Positions 31,732-42,089 of a DNA stretch of 64,000 nt are shown in pieces (the first letter of the stretch is position 1; the number at the start of each line of letters is the position of its first letter). The position numbers were made by a program, and so were the translations under genes. The DNA is from Halodesulfurarchaeum sp. (GTDB taxonomy: Archaea > Halobacteriota > Halobacteria > Halobacteriales > Halobacteriaceae). The stretch covers positions 1,632,001 to 1,696,000 of the forward strand of contig JAXHNL010000002.1 in assembly GCA_034520565.1 (NCBI GenBank). Direction: 5' to 3'. Below the pieces are notes generated by a model. That model was not told the DNA's origin. It searched no databases and saw only the letters and a program-made list of their open reading frames with translations.

Positions 31732-31822
31732 CGTCGGTCCGTTGGGACCCGAAAGGGGAAACCATACAGCCCGTTTTCTGTGGGTTTGTGGGTGTGTCTT
31801 CCCCGGCGACGGCGGAAACCGA

Positions 31823-32935
31823 TCACTCGTGGTCGTCCAGAACGGTCGCGTAGGCGTCCTCGAGCCTGTCGATGGCGTTCGAGAGGCTGATCTCGGCGCG
31901 GTAATCGAGACAGGACGCCGAGAGCGTGTCCTGTTCGTCCAGTGCTCGATCGATTTTCGCCCGGAACCCCTGGATATTCCCCGGTTCGTAGTGATAACCG
32001 GTTTCCCCCTCGACGATCGTTTCAGCGAGTGCGCCGGCGTCGACGCCGACCACGGGCGTTCCACAGGCAGTCGCCTCCAAAGCCACGATGCCCTGGGTTT
32101 CGACCGGGCTCGGGAAGGCAAAGACGTCGAGTGCGTTGTAGAACGACGGCAGTTCGGACCGGTCCAGGAATCCCAGAAACCGCGCGTCGACCTCGTTTCT
32201 CTTGGCGGCCTGTCGGAGCGAATCCGTTGCGGGGCCCTCCCCACCGAACACGACTGTCACGTCGAGGCCGGCGACCGCTTCGAGAATGGCTTCGAGATTC
32301 TTCTCGTGCCCGTGTCGGCCCGTGTACCCGATCAGCGGTCGGTCGTCTGGGAGGCCATAACGGCGTTCGAACTCGACGGATTCCTGTGGACCGAACCGCG
32401 TCGTATCAACGCCATTGGGATGGGTTCGAACGGGGACCGCCGCTCGCAATCGATCTCGGAGGGTGGCCGCGGTCTGCTCGCTCGGGGCGAGAACCATATC
32501 AGCTCGCTCGAGGAACCATCGCTCGTATCGACTGCTTATCGCTCCAACCGGTTCTGCGAGGGCGTCGGGTGCAACGTAGGAGGCGTACTCCGCTGTCGGG
32601 GTATGATACGAAACGACCAACGGGACCGATTCACGCCTGGCAAGTCGGTACCCGGCAAACCCGATCGAGAAGGGGGTATGGGCATGAACCAGATCGACGT
32701 CCCCCGTCTCCTTTGGGATACGTGGAACTCCCAATCGGTATCCCTCGTAGAACGGAAACGGAATACTGAAAACCGGGTATTCGCCCGGATCCGCGTCGTA
32801 CGAGGACGCCGGATAGACGACGGCCATCCGGCCACCGCGCTCTCGATAGCGTTCTCGCCACGCGGAGATCGTGTAGGTGACTCCGTTCACGGTCGGGAGG
32901 TAGGTATCCGTAAAGGCGGCGACCGCAGGTGGCAT
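31823..32935 (-). CDS. GT4 family glycosyltransferase
   Basis: FTDTYLPTVNGV, HAHTPF, GRHGHEKN, ETQGIVALEA. Confidence 0.9.
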   Translation of the reverse strand: MPPAVAAFTDTYLPTVNGVTYTISAWRERYRERGGRMAVVYPASSYDADPGEYPVFSIPFPFYEGYRLGVPRIPKETGDVDLVHAHTPFSIGFAGYRLARRESVPLVVSYHTPTAEYASYVAPDALAEPVGAISSRYERWFLERADMVLAPSEQTAATLRDRLRAAVPVRTHPNGVDTTRFGPQESVEFERRYGLPDDRPLIGYTGRHGHEKNLEAILEAVAGLDVTVVFGGEGPATDSLRQAAKRNEVDARFLGFLDRSELPSFYNALDVFAFPSPVETQGIVALEATACGTPVVGVDAGALAETIVEGETGYHYEPGNIQGFRAKIDRALDEQDTLSASCLDYRAEISLSNAIDRLEDAYATVLDDHE

Positions 32936-33034
32936 CGTGCCGTGCTACGGGAGGGGTTATTAAGAGCCTACTCACTCGGCGTCGAGACAGGGCTTTCCAA
33001 CGTGTCTCAACGCCACGGCCCATGGCGAGTGCTC

Positions 33035-34032
33035 CTACCCGTCGACCAGTTCTTCGTAAACCCGAATCAGGTCCCCTTTGATGGCTTCGAGCGTGAACGC
33101 TTCGCTCCGGGTTTGTGCCCGCGACCCGATCGCTTCCCGCCGCTCGTCCTCGAGCAACGCCGTAATAGCTGGGACGAAATCCGCATCGGCTTTGAGACAG
33201 TCCCGTCCGTCCTCGAGCCACTCGAAGGTCTCGATGTCCCGGACGACGGGTGCAGCACCGGCGGCCATCGCCTCGAGAAGGGCCATCCCTTCGTTTTCGT
33301 TGTGCGTCGGGAAAAAGAAGATGTCTCCCGCTGCAAACGCCCCACGAATGTCCTCGACGTACCCCGTAAACGTCACGTTGTCAGGGGCCGATTCGACGAG
33401 GCGTTCGGTCTCGCGGCTGCGGAGTACTCGATCGAACGTCCCCCAGTCGGGTTGAGATAGCCGAACCACGCGAAATCCAGCTCCGGAAGTTCCCGAGCCG
33501 TTTCCACGAAGGTTTCCAGACCCTTCCGTGGAATCACGTGCCCGACGTTGAACACGACCGGTGGCGAGAGGTCGAACCGCTCGAGATACGTCTCTCTGAG
33601 CGATTCGAACCCATCGATCTTGTCCGGATCGTAGCCGTTCGAGATGACCGTTGTCGGCGTCTCGGTATACGTTTTGATGGTTCGTTCGTTATACCGGGAG
33701 GGACAAATCAATCGGTCGCCGAGATCGTAGGCGTACTCGAGGTAGGGACGAAGCGGTTTCGCCAACAGGTCCGAGAAGGCGAAACTCCCCGCGAAATCTT
33801 CGGCCGTCTGATGGCTGTGGATGATGACTGGCGTCCCAACCTCCCGAGCCCGCTTGGCCGCGAGGAGAGATCGCGGGCCCATATTGTTCAAGTGAAGTAA
33901 ATCCGCTGCGGGGTCGGGGGAGCGGGTGTAATCGATTCCGGATCGCTCGAGGATCTTGCGCTGATTTTTCACCGACTGCTTGTGGCCCCCCGTAATGTAC
34001 TGCTCCCACTCGAAGTAGTGACTTACCTTCAT
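33035..34032 (-). CDS. GT4 family glycosyltransferase, apparent frameshift at 33440-33444
   Basis: MKVSHYFE...VGHVIPRKG in one frame and ENEGMALLEAMA in another; the break lies in a 5-nt homopolymer. Confidence 0.85.
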
Positions 34033-34143
34033 CCCTCGCTCGACAACCTGCATGCAAGTTCGAGGTGAGGGGTCCATAAATATGCACCACTCTTCCCGCG
34101 CCGATCGCGACACGTTCATGGCCCGCCGACCCGGACGGCAGGT

Positions 34144-34434
34144 ATGTCTATTCCGGCAGCACGCATCGAGCGACTGGCGGATCTCGCCCACGAGGCCGCT
34201 CATAGGGGGCAGATGGATCGAGCTCGACGCTACGTCCGTCTGTCCCGGCGGATCGCCGAACGCAACCGACTTTCTCTGCCGACTCGGTTCGATCGGTTCA
34301 CGTGTGACGCGTGTGATGCCTATCTGCTTCCGGGGCGAAACGCACGCGTTCGGACGAAAGACGGTCACGTCGTCGTGACCTGCTCCTGTGGGGCCCACGA
34401 CCGATATCCATACCGGGTAGAACGTCCATCGTGA
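34144..34434 (+). CDS. rnp4: RNase P protein component 4 (Rpp21)
   Basis: ARRYVRLSRRIAER, CDAC...PG...CSCG zinc ribbon. Confidence 0.9.
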   Translation: MSIPAARIERLADLAHEAAHRGQMDRARRYVRLSRRIAERNRLSLPTRFDRFTCDACDAYLLPGRNARVRTKDGHVVVTCSCGAHDRYPYRVERPS

Positions 34435-34514
34435 AACCGAAAATTACCCGCAGCGGACCACCTCCCTCCGGAGAGCAAACTTTGACGTAGGCACCTCGTC
34501 TATTTTGGATCACC

Positions 34515-34757
34515 ATGAGCGAAGATCTCCGTGCCAAGGCCCAGAACGTCGACGTCACCGTGTGGGTCGGTAAAGCGGGAATCGATTCGGTCCAGGAGGA
34601 GTTGGCCGACCAGCTCGACAGTCGGGAACTGGTCAAAGTGAAGTTCCTCAGGTCGGCACGCGGGGAGGGCGACACCGACGAACTCGCAGCACAACTTGCC
34701 GATCTCGTCGATGCAGAACTCGTCGAAACCCGCGGAAATACGGGGGTGTATCATTGA
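34515..34757 (+). CDS. yhbY: YhbY/CRM RNA-binding protein
   Basis: VWVGKAG, ELVKVKF, RGNT. Confidence 0.9.
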   Translation: MSEDLRAKAQNVDVTVWVGKAGIDSVQEELADQLDSRELVKVKFLRSARGEGDTDELAAQLADLVDAELVETRGNTGVYH

Positions 34758-35641
34758 TGGTCCCGGCGCAACTCGCAGTCGGTCCGATCGGTGAGTTTCT
34801 CGCCGGATTCGGGGTCCCACTCGCCGGAACTATCGGTTCGGCGGTCGCCTTCGTCGCAGTATTCGTCGGGATCTTTTACGGTGGAAAGATCCTCATCATG
34901 CCGATTGTCTCGCGGGGAATGGATCGACGCGGACTCGACGAACATGCGAAAACGCCGATTCGGCGGGTGACCGCGGGTGTAATTCTGTTTGCCGCCATCG
35001 GGGCAGCCTTCGGCGCTGCCGGGTTTACCGGCTTTCTCCAGTCGCTCGCGACGATCGCGGCGGCCGCCACACTCGCGATCGGCTTTGCCCTCCAGGACGT
35101 GATCAAGAACTTCGTCGCCGGGGTGTTCATCTACACCGACCGGCCCTTCCGGATCGGGGACTGGATCGAGTGGGACAGCCATTCCGGCGTCGTCGAGGAC
35201 ATCTCCCTCCGGGTGACCCGCGTTCGAACCTTCGACAACGAGTTACTGACGGTTCCGAACTCCGCGTTGACCGACGGCGTCATCAAAAATCCCGTCGACG
35301 GCGATAGACTCCGTCGGACATTCGTTTTCGGGATCGGCTACGAGGACGACATCGAGGAGGCCACCGAGATCATCCTCGACGAGGCGACCGCCCACGAAAA
35401 GATCATGGACGACCCTGGCCCATCGGTCCGAGTCACCTCGCTCGGGGACTCTTCAGTTGGGCTCCAGGCGCGGATATGGATCGAGAACCCGTCCCGGGCG
35501 GATTTCGTCCTGACCCAGTCCGAGTTCGTCAAATCGACGAAGGAAGCCCTCGAAGCGGCAGGAATCGACATTCCGTACCCCCAGCGAGTGCTTCACGGCG
35601 ACCTCTCCGTCGGCGAGCACCCCGTCACAGGAGAGCAGTAG
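34757..35641 (+). CDS. mscS: small-conductance mechanosensitive channel
   Basis: GFALQDVIKNFVAG, PFRIGDWI, VPNS, GIDIPYPQR. Confidence 0.92.
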   Translation: MVPAQLAVGPIGEFLAGFGVPLAGTIGSAVAFVAVFVGIFYGGKILIMPIVSRGMDRRGLDEHAKTPIRRVTAGVILFAAIGAAFGAAGFTGFLQSLATIAAAATLAIGFALQDVIKNFVAGVFIYTDRPFRIGDWIEWDSHSGVVEDISLRVTRVRTFDNELLTVPNSALTDGVIKNPVDGDRLRRTFVFGIGYEDDIEEATEIILDEATAHEKIMDDPGPSVRVTSLGDSSVGLQARIWIENPSRADFVLTQSEFVKSTKEALEAAGIDIPYPQRVLHGDLSVGEHPVTGEQ

Positions 35642-35667
35642 CTGGGTTCGAGAAAAACGGAATGAAT

Positions 35668-35976
35668 GGTGGACGAGCCGAGGTGGCCCGGCGTTCCGGC
35701 CCGAATAGTCCCGGTCGCCTCCTCCACCCCGTGACCCTTCGAGCGACGCCCGTTCGGCGGTCCGCTGCTCACTTCCGTGCCTGACGGAGTGCCGCCGACG
35801 AATCGCGGAATCAACCTCCCTGCAGAGGCGACCCGCGAACCGGTGTCCCCGAAGGACGAGGCTTCGCAGTCGGCTTCCGGGGTCCGGACCGGTCTGTCCG
35901 GACGCCCTCGGCGTTCGGCCCCCACTAATGACCATGTGGCGGGCGAGGGGCGGGGCCAAACCGCCCGGCCTAGTCC
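35668..35976 (-). ncRNA. ffs: archaeal signal recognition particle (7S) RNA
   Basis: reverse strand begins GGACTAGGCCGGGCGGTTTGGC (Alu-like domain) and contains the helix-8 motif TCAGGCACGGAAGTGAGCAGC; about 310 nt; TATA-like CTTAAT about 26 nt upstream. Confidence 0.93.
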
Positions 35977-36073
35977 AGATTCACCTACCAGTCATTCCAT
36001 TAAGGGCCTTTCGGGTCGTGCGCACGACCTGGCGGGTCGAAACGGCCAAAAGGCCACTGTCCCATGTGCGGGT

Positions 36074-36322
36074 ATGGGACTCGGAAGCACTGCAAAGAAA
36101 CTCCAGCAGGTCGTCGACCTGGCGGATGACCTCTATGCCAAACTCAACGATCTCAAATCCGACCTGGCAGGGATGCGGGATACGATCGAGAAGACAAACG
36201 AGACAGTGGAGTCTCTCGAGGCCGAGCTGGAATCGCAGCGGGCCCTCATCGAGACAGTTGCTGAATCACAGGACATCGAGGTCGAGGAGTTCGAGCCGGG
36301 TTCGGACGAGGAAACAGAATAG
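36074..36322 (+). CDS. conserved haloarchaeal coiled-coil protein (DUF5798-like)
   Basis: MGLGSTAKKLQQVVDLADDLY. Confidence 0.8.
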   Translation: MGLGSTAKKLQQVVDLADDLYAKLNDLKSDLAGMRDTIEKTNETVESLEAELESQRALIETVAESQDIEVEEFEPGSDEETE

Positions 36323-36341
36323 ATCGTTTCGGAGCCACTTT

Positions 36342-37181
36342 TCAGCCCAGAACAACACTCACTCGACCGACGATAAACGCCGCGGCGGCGAGAAACATCC
36401 CGTACTTGAGCCACTGGTGCCCAGTTCCGGGATCCTCGCGACTTCGAACCAGGGCGGCGAGCATCAACAAATCGGCAGGGATCACCACACCGAGATAGGG
36501 AAGCCCGAAGAGATGGGTCAGATAGGGAATCGGACTGGCAAGGATCGCAACCACGAGTGACGCGGCGGCGATGCCCAACGCCCCTTCAGTGCCGAACGCG
36601 ATCGGAAGTGTCGTGAGGCCTTCCGCTCGATCCCCCTCGACGTCCTCGATGTCCTTGATCACCTCACGGGCGAACGTCGAAAGTGCGGCGAGCGCAAAGA
36701 GAACGAGCCCATCCTGCACGCGACCGACGGCGGCGGCCCCGAACAGGAACGTGCTCCCACCCAGATAGGCAACGAGCACGTTCCCTGCACCGGGCCGACC
36801 TTTGAAGAGCACGGTATAGGCCACGAGACCGAAGAAATTGATCAGGGCAATCAGAATGGCCACTGGGGGGAGGATCAGTGCCAGTCCGATGGCGATGGCG
36901 AACAACATCGCACTCCAGACGAGGGCGCCGCGTGGAGGGACGTCTCCCCGAGGAATCGGTCGCTCGGGGTTGTTGATTCGGTCGATGTCCCGATCGAAGT
37001 AATCGTTGACCGCGTTCCCGGCCCCGGTTGCGAGAACGGTCGCGATGACGGCCGCGCCGAGGAGCCGGGGTTCGGCTGTCAATCCAGCAGCGACGAATCC
37101 GCCGATGAGAGTAAGCACGCCCGCCGCGACGCTGTTCACCGGGCGGGTGAGTTCGAAATAGCTCCGCGCGGCCCCGCTCAT
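36342..37181 (-). CDS. digeranylgeranylglyceryl phosphate synthase (UbiA family)
   Basis: NDYFDRDIDRINNPERPIPRG and REVIKDIEDVEGD. Confidence 0.92.
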   Translation of the reverse strand: MSGAARSYFELTRPVNSVAAGVLTLIGGFVAAGLTAEPRLLGAAVIATVLATGAGNAVNDYFDRDIDRINNPERPIPRGDVPPRGALVWSAMLFAIAIGLALILPPVAILIALINFFGLVAYTVLFKGRPGAGNVLVAYLGGSTFLFGAAAVGRVQDGLVLFALAALSTFAREVIKDIEDVEGDRAEGLTTLPIAFGTEGALGIAAASLVVAILASPIPYLTHLFGLPYLGVVIPADLLMLAALVRSREDPGTGHQWLKYGMFLAAAAFIVGRVSVVLG

Positions 37182-37387
37182 GGGTTCGGTGACCGCCGCC
37201 GCCGATATAAGTGGGGCGAATCCGACCAGCGTGGACCCCCCAACTGGCGGTCCGTACCCAAATCACGAGTGACCAGAATCGACTCCGGTCTACGACACCG
37301 AGTCAGTCCCTGAGGGGGTTTCGAGACCATCGACAGGTCAAATCGCATCGGGAGGTTTAACAGGCCCCTCGGCATATCGACGGACGC

Positions 37388-37462
37388 GGGCGCTTAGCTC
37401 AGCTTGGACAGAGCACTTGGCTTCGGACCAAGGGGTCGCGGGTTCAAATCCTGCAGCGCCCA
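37388..37462 (+). tRNA. tRNA-Arg(TCG)
   Basis: acceptor stem GGGCGCT/AGCGCCC; anticodon arm CTTGG-CTTCGGA-CCAAG; T-loop GGTTCAAATCC. Confidence 0.96.
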
Positions 37463-37544
37463 TTTTCCGGCGAACGACAGTGAGCCGTGAAAATCGGGCC
37501 AAGGGATTTGAGCCCTGGAAGACGAGCGGAGCGAGTCTTCATCC

Positions 37545-37567
37545 GGTTCAAATCCTGCAGCGCCCAT
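37545..37567 (+). repeat. 23-bp exact copy of the tRNA-Arg 3' end
   Basis: GGTTCAAATCCTGCAGCGCCCAT is identical to 37441-37463. Confidence 0.92.
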
Positions 37568-38000
37568 CTTTACAAAAGATTCAATACTTTTTGTCTGATT
37601 GTTTGGCCTCGAAGATCATTAGGCTATATCTAAATAGACCATTCGTGAATAGTAGTAATTTGTTAATATCCATGGTTTCACACTTTATCCTGGATCTCCC
37701 TTTTGTTCTCTACCTAATTCCTCAACTATCATTTGATACAACTTAGAGGGCTTTACCCCTAATTTCTCAGCTTTGGGCTTCACCGCCGGATTATCAGGTC
37801 CTAATTCGTTAAGGCGCTGTGACCGCCGTAACCACGAGTGCTGTAAGTAAAGGTGGTCAAAAGGCTCGGCCCGAACTATCCAGAACCGTCAGGGTCGGTC
37901 GTGAGATAGGGAGAATAGATGCAGCACCGCTGGGACGAGAAACGAGATAGCGAAGTTCCAAAAGGTAGAACAACTTCGCAGCGTCAACGTTTTTGTATCC

Positions 38001-39185
38001 ATGTGGCCACTTGCCCGGGTGAGAACCAGGGCAGCTCATCAGGAGCGAGGGAATGGAACCCACTTTTTGTTCCTGTCGCTCTTCTTCACGCTGGCTCTTA
38101 CTCAAGTTCCCACTGTGTCAGCCCACGGGAGCAACGCATCTCTCCATCTCGACCCGATTCACGGCGTTCTCGTCATCGCCATCGGACTGGGAATAGTCGC
38201 CAGCGCCGTAGTGCTCAGACGGCGACACCAAATCACGGCGACGCTCGCGCTCTCTGGAGTTCTGGTCGGCCTCTTCGTGATGACAGTCGGAACGATTCTC
38301 TTCGATGGCCTCACTCCCGATCCGACATACACAGCGAGCACGATGCCCTTTCCACGGTCCTGGTATCAGCCCATCGGACTATTAGTCGGACTCACAATTG
38401 CGATTCTGAGCGTCGTCCTCGGACTGGTTCGTTGGCCGACGCGTCCCCGGTACACTTTCTTCGGGATACTCACGGGGATATGGATCATGTATCCGTATCT
38501 GCTCCCGGGTACGAGCGCGCAGAACCCCCTCGGTTATGCACTCGTCCTCGGATTCCCGGTCTTCGTCGGGTACATCCTCTGGAAGGATACTTGGGGAATC
38601 CTGCGCTCCGTCCTGCACGACCGGGTCGCTCGTCGATTCGGCGTCGGAGTTGGCGCAATCGCGGGTCTGTTCCTCATGTCCACGACCGGGTACCTCTCCT
38701 TCTTCTGGGAAGAAGGCGTCCCACGGAAGCAGGTCGTCACCGTCCTTCCGGTGAATTACCAGCTTGTTCGGTGGCCCACGCTTGAGGTCGTTCTTCCATC
38801 GATTCCTTTGACGGTCGCCCTCTCGGTCGGGATCGTGGCCATCGTCGGACTCCTCAGCGTCCTCATCGGGCTGAACGCAGCAGTCGTTGCGAGGAAGTGG
38901 CGGAGCGGTAAGGGTGGAGGAGTGGTTCAGAGTACGGCGGGATCGGGGGGCGTCCTCGGAGTATGTACCTGTGGTTGCTGTGGACCGCTGGTAGCAAAGG
39001 TGACCCTCCTCGCGGCAGGCCCTGCGATCTCCGCCCCACTGTACTGGGTGTTCGTCGATACCTCTTCGCCGCTCAGTACGCTGTTCATCGTCGCAAGTGC
39101 CATCCTGTTCACCGGGACGCTCGTCTATACGGCTGACTCCACGCGTCAGGCAGGGACAGTCAACTCGATGCAGACTGCCGATTGA
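38001..39185 (+). CDS. multi-pass membrane protein with CTCGCCGP motif
   Basis: 394-aa hydrophobic ORF with roughly 9-10 TM segments; start uncertain. Confidence 0.75.
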   Translation: MWPLARVRTRAAHQERGNGTHFLFLSLFFTLALTQVPTVSAHGSNASLHLDPIHGVLVIAIGLGIVASAVVLRRRHQITATLALSGVLVGLFVMTVGTILFDGLTPDPTYTASTMPFPRSWYQPIGLLVGLTIAILSVVLGLVRWPTRPRYTFFGILTGIWIMYPYLLPGTSAQNPLGYALVLGFPVFVGYILWKDTWGILRSVLHDRVARRFGVGVGAIAGLFLMSTTGYLSFFWEEGVPRKQVVTVLPVNYQLVRWPTLEVVLPSIPLTVALSVGIVAIVGLLSVLIGLNAAVVARKWRSGKGGGVVQSTAGSGGVLGVCTCGCCGPLVAKVTLLAAGPAISAPLYWVFVDTSSPLSTLFIVASAILFTGTLVYTADSTRQAGTVNSMQTAD

Positions 39186-39302
39186 GGCCATTTCCAGAAA
39201 GAGCCATTCGAGTCTCTCAACGCTCTCCCTCCGACTCCCGGCCGAGAATTGGGTTACACAGGCAAGTCCCTTTCAGTCTGGACGGGGTATCGATTAACGG
39301 GA

Positions 39303-40194
39303 ATGGCGAACCACGACCACGGCGCTGAACCCACGTCCACGGACCAGAGCGTCCGCAAACTCGGGTTGGTTGCCGCGATTAATCTCGTCGGATTCGTCAT
39401 CGAACTGATCGGTGGCCTCGTCTTCGGGTCGGTCGCACTCCTCGGTGACGCCTTTCACATGTTGTTCGATGCGCTTGCGAACGTCATCGCGCCCGGAGCA
39501 ACCGTAATCGCCCGCTTTCGAATCCGGGTTGTCGGTGGTCCTACGGTTTACATCGAATCGAACCGTTTACCGCGTTTCTGAATGGCGTTCTCCTCATCCC
39601 GATGGTACTGTATCTTGTCTACGAATCGTACCAGCGGTACCTGTCTCCTGTGGAGATTGATACGAAGACGACACTCATATTAGCGACTGGCGGTCTTCTC
39701 ATCAATATTGGGTCTGTTTCCGGCCTTCAGGATGGAGAGATGAGTCTGAACGAACGAGGGCCATTCTACTATCTCCTCGGCGACGCAGGTGCGTCGGTAG
39801 CAGTTATCGTCTCGATGCTCGTCGTACGGTTCACCGACTTGTATCTCGTTGATCCTGCGACAGCCGTCATCATCGCGGGCCTCATCGTCTGGTCGGCAGT
39901 GATCCTCTTACGCGAAAGTGGTGCAATTTTCTTCCAATAAAGTCCGATTTAACCGGAGGAAGTAGAGACCACCATTGAATCACTTGATGGTGTCGAGACC
40001 GTCGAGGACCTTCACATCTGGGCACTCTCCAGCCAGATCGCCGTCGCCTCCGTCTACGTGACGGATTCCACGACCACGCTCGACGAACGAAACGCACTCG
40101 TGGGTGAATCCACGACCTGTTGGAGTCGGAGTTCGACATCACCCATGCGACAGTCGAAGTCGTGGCCCAGCAACACGAACACACTCTCACCTGA
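39303..40194 (+). pseudogene. cation diffusion facilitator (CzcD-like) pseudogene
   Basis: GSVALLGDAFHM in 39249-39581, LLGDA and VDP in 39602-39940, EDLHIW and THATVE downstream; several frameshifts and a TAA stop. Confidence 0.85.
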
Positions 40195-40253
40195 TCTACC
40201 TGAGGAAGGGCAATCAGGAGTTCAACCACCCTGATGAAGACAAGTGCCGAAGG

Positions 40254-40366
40254 ATACCGTCACTCGAACCAGTCGGGTTTGAGTCTCGTCAGTCGGAGTG
40301 CGTTCGTCGTCACACTGCACTCATTGCTCTGCTGCCATCGACGACAGCGACTGCGACGATTACCAG
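40254..40366 (-). repeat. degenerate second copy of the P1B-ATPase 3' end
   Basis: ATACCGTCACTCGAACC...GCGTTCGTCGTCAC...GCGACTGCGAC aligns with 44165-44278. Confidence 0.8.
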
Positions 40367-40414
40367 CCAGAAGGAGACACTCACTGGCGTGCTGAAACAC
40401 CAGGGGGATAGCAG

Positions 40415-40825
40415 CTACTCGACGACGATGATGCCCGTCATCCCCGAACTTTCGTGTGGAATACAGACATACTCGTAGGTTCCGGGGGTTTCGAAGGTGT
40501 GTTCGTACGTGTCTCCTGACGCGATCAATCCGCCACTGATGTCGTTTCGCGCAGCCTGTTCCGACTCGAAGCCACCACTGGCGAAGTACGCCGCATCGGA
40601 GGGAATCTGGCCGTCGTAAGCGGTCACTGTGTGTCCGACGTCACTGTCGTTCGTCCATCTCACAGCGGTGCCAACGCTGATCGTGAACTGCTTCGGGTCG
40701 AACTCGAAGTCGCCGTTCATCGAGACGCGTTTCACGCCGTCTGACTCACCGATGGCTGAACAACCCGCAGAGGCCGTCGCTGCGAGTGTCGCCCCGCAGA
40801 GTCGAAGTACCTGTCGTCGCTTCAT
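40415..40825 (-). CDS. halocyanin/plastocyanin-like blue copper Tat lipoprotein
   Basis: MKRRQVL...SAGC Tat signal and lipobox; GHTV and CIPHESSGM type-1 Cu ligands. Confidence 0.92.
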   Translation of the reverse strand: MKRRQVLRLCGATLAATASAGCSAIGESDGVKRVSMNGDFEFDPKQFTISVGTAVRWTNDSDVGHTVTAYDGQIPSDAAYFASGGFESEQAARNDISGGLIASGDTYEHTFETPGTYEYVCIPHESSGMTGIIVVE

Positions 40826-40853
40826 AGCTTGTGTGGGTTTTGATCGAGGGTGA

Positions 40854-42056
40854 CTAGAGTGCGACGAAGAGGTCGGTGACGTACATCACGACGAGGCCAA
40901 CCAGAAACGTGACGAGGTTCAGCGCCGACGCTGCCCGTCCGTTCCGGCTCATCATTCCCCACAGCTCCCAGATGACCTGGAGGATTGCACCCACGCCGAT
41001 GGCGAGGAAGAATGCTCCGAGCGTCGGAGAGAACGCAAGGCTCCCGAGCCAGCCGCCCAGGATCACCGGTGCACCGGCGAGGAAGCCGAGGCCGATGAAG
41101 TGCAGAACGCTCGGGCGCTCGCCACGAGCGACAGGTGCGACTACGGCTGGTCCCTCGGTCACATTGTGGAGCATGAAGCCGATGACGAGGAACGCACCAA
41201 GCGAGACCCGTCCGAGTGCGAACGAACTTCCGATGGCCAGTCCTTCGGCGAGGTTGTGCAGACCGATTCCAAGTGCAACTAGGTAGGCAATCCACAGACC
41301 GCTCTGTGCGCGAGCATCGCCAGCAGCAGCCCGACCTTCCCGCCATGCACTGACGGCTTGCACGGCCAGGAGTGCACCGATGATTCCCAGTGCAACGAGG
41401 GCAGTTCCCCCGAATGCGCCCGGAACCTGTTCACTGAGTTCGAACGCCTCGAACCCGGCGTCGATGGCGAGGAACGCAAGGATGCCCGCTGAGAAGGCGA
41501 GGACGGCGTGGAGCCACCGGTCGCTCATCGACTGGAGGAACGGGAACCACAGCATCCCGAGCGCGACTGGGATGACGCCAACGAACAGGCCGATAACGGC
41601 CATCGTCAGCAAGAGATTACCCGTCAGACCCGGTGACTGGCTCGGTGCTTCGATGGTGTTGTGGACCGTAGCGCCGTCCGAGAGCAGTAGCGCAACTTCG
41701 AGATCCCAGCCAGGATTCCAGTGGTACGGGATGACGACCTGTGCGCTCTCACGCGGTTCGAGGGTTGTATCGCCACCTGCACCTCGCACCTCGAAATTCC
41801 AGTAGGCGTCGTCAACGAGGACCTGTGAAATACTCACTTCACCTGGTCCGTTGTTTGTGACGTGGAGGACGACCGTCTCGTCGTTCGGCAAGGTCGTGTG
41901 CGTCACCGAGACATCTGGAAGTGGTTCGCCGCCGGTGTCGAGGGACGCGAACGGTGTCGCCGCGAAAAAACCACCCATTATGAGTCCGAGCAGGATGATC
42001 GGCAGCAATGCGGCAGCCCACCTGGGAAGTCCAAACGGGCGCTCAGCTCGATTCAC
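40854..42056 (-). CDS. ZIP family metal transporter with extra N-terminal extracytoplasmic domain
   Basis: LHNLAEGLAIG and LHNVTEG signatures; beta-rich soluble domain after the first TM helix. Confidence 0.9.
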   Translation of the reverse strand: MNRAERPFGLPRWAAALLPIILLGLIMGGFFAATPFASLDTGGEPLPDVSVTHTTLPNDETVVLHVTNNGPGEVSISQVLVDDAYWNFEVRGAGGDTTLEPRESAQVVIPYHWNPGWDLEVALLLSDGATVHNTIEAPSQSPGLTGNLLLTMAVIGLFVGVIPVALGMLWFPFLQSMSDRWLHAVLAFSAGILAFLAIDAGFEAFELSEQVPGAFGGTALVALGIIGALLAVQAVSAWREGRAAAGDARAQSGLWIAYLVALGIGLHNLAEGLAIGSSFALGRVSLGAFLVIGFMLHNVTEGPAVVAPVARGERPSVLHFIGLGFLAGAPVILGGWLGSLAFSPTLGAFFLAIGVGAILQVIWELWGMMSRNGRAASALNLVTFLVGLVVMYVTDLFVAL

Positions 42057-42089
42057 CGTCGGTCCACCGTCGGTATTTGGTATGCTAAT

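Noticed and set aside
35668-35976. Structured GC-rich non-coding region near rnp4, possibly RNase P RNA or a novel RNA
   Set aside because: The 5' end and helix-8 motif identify it as the standard SRP RNA; overlapping ORFs are spurious
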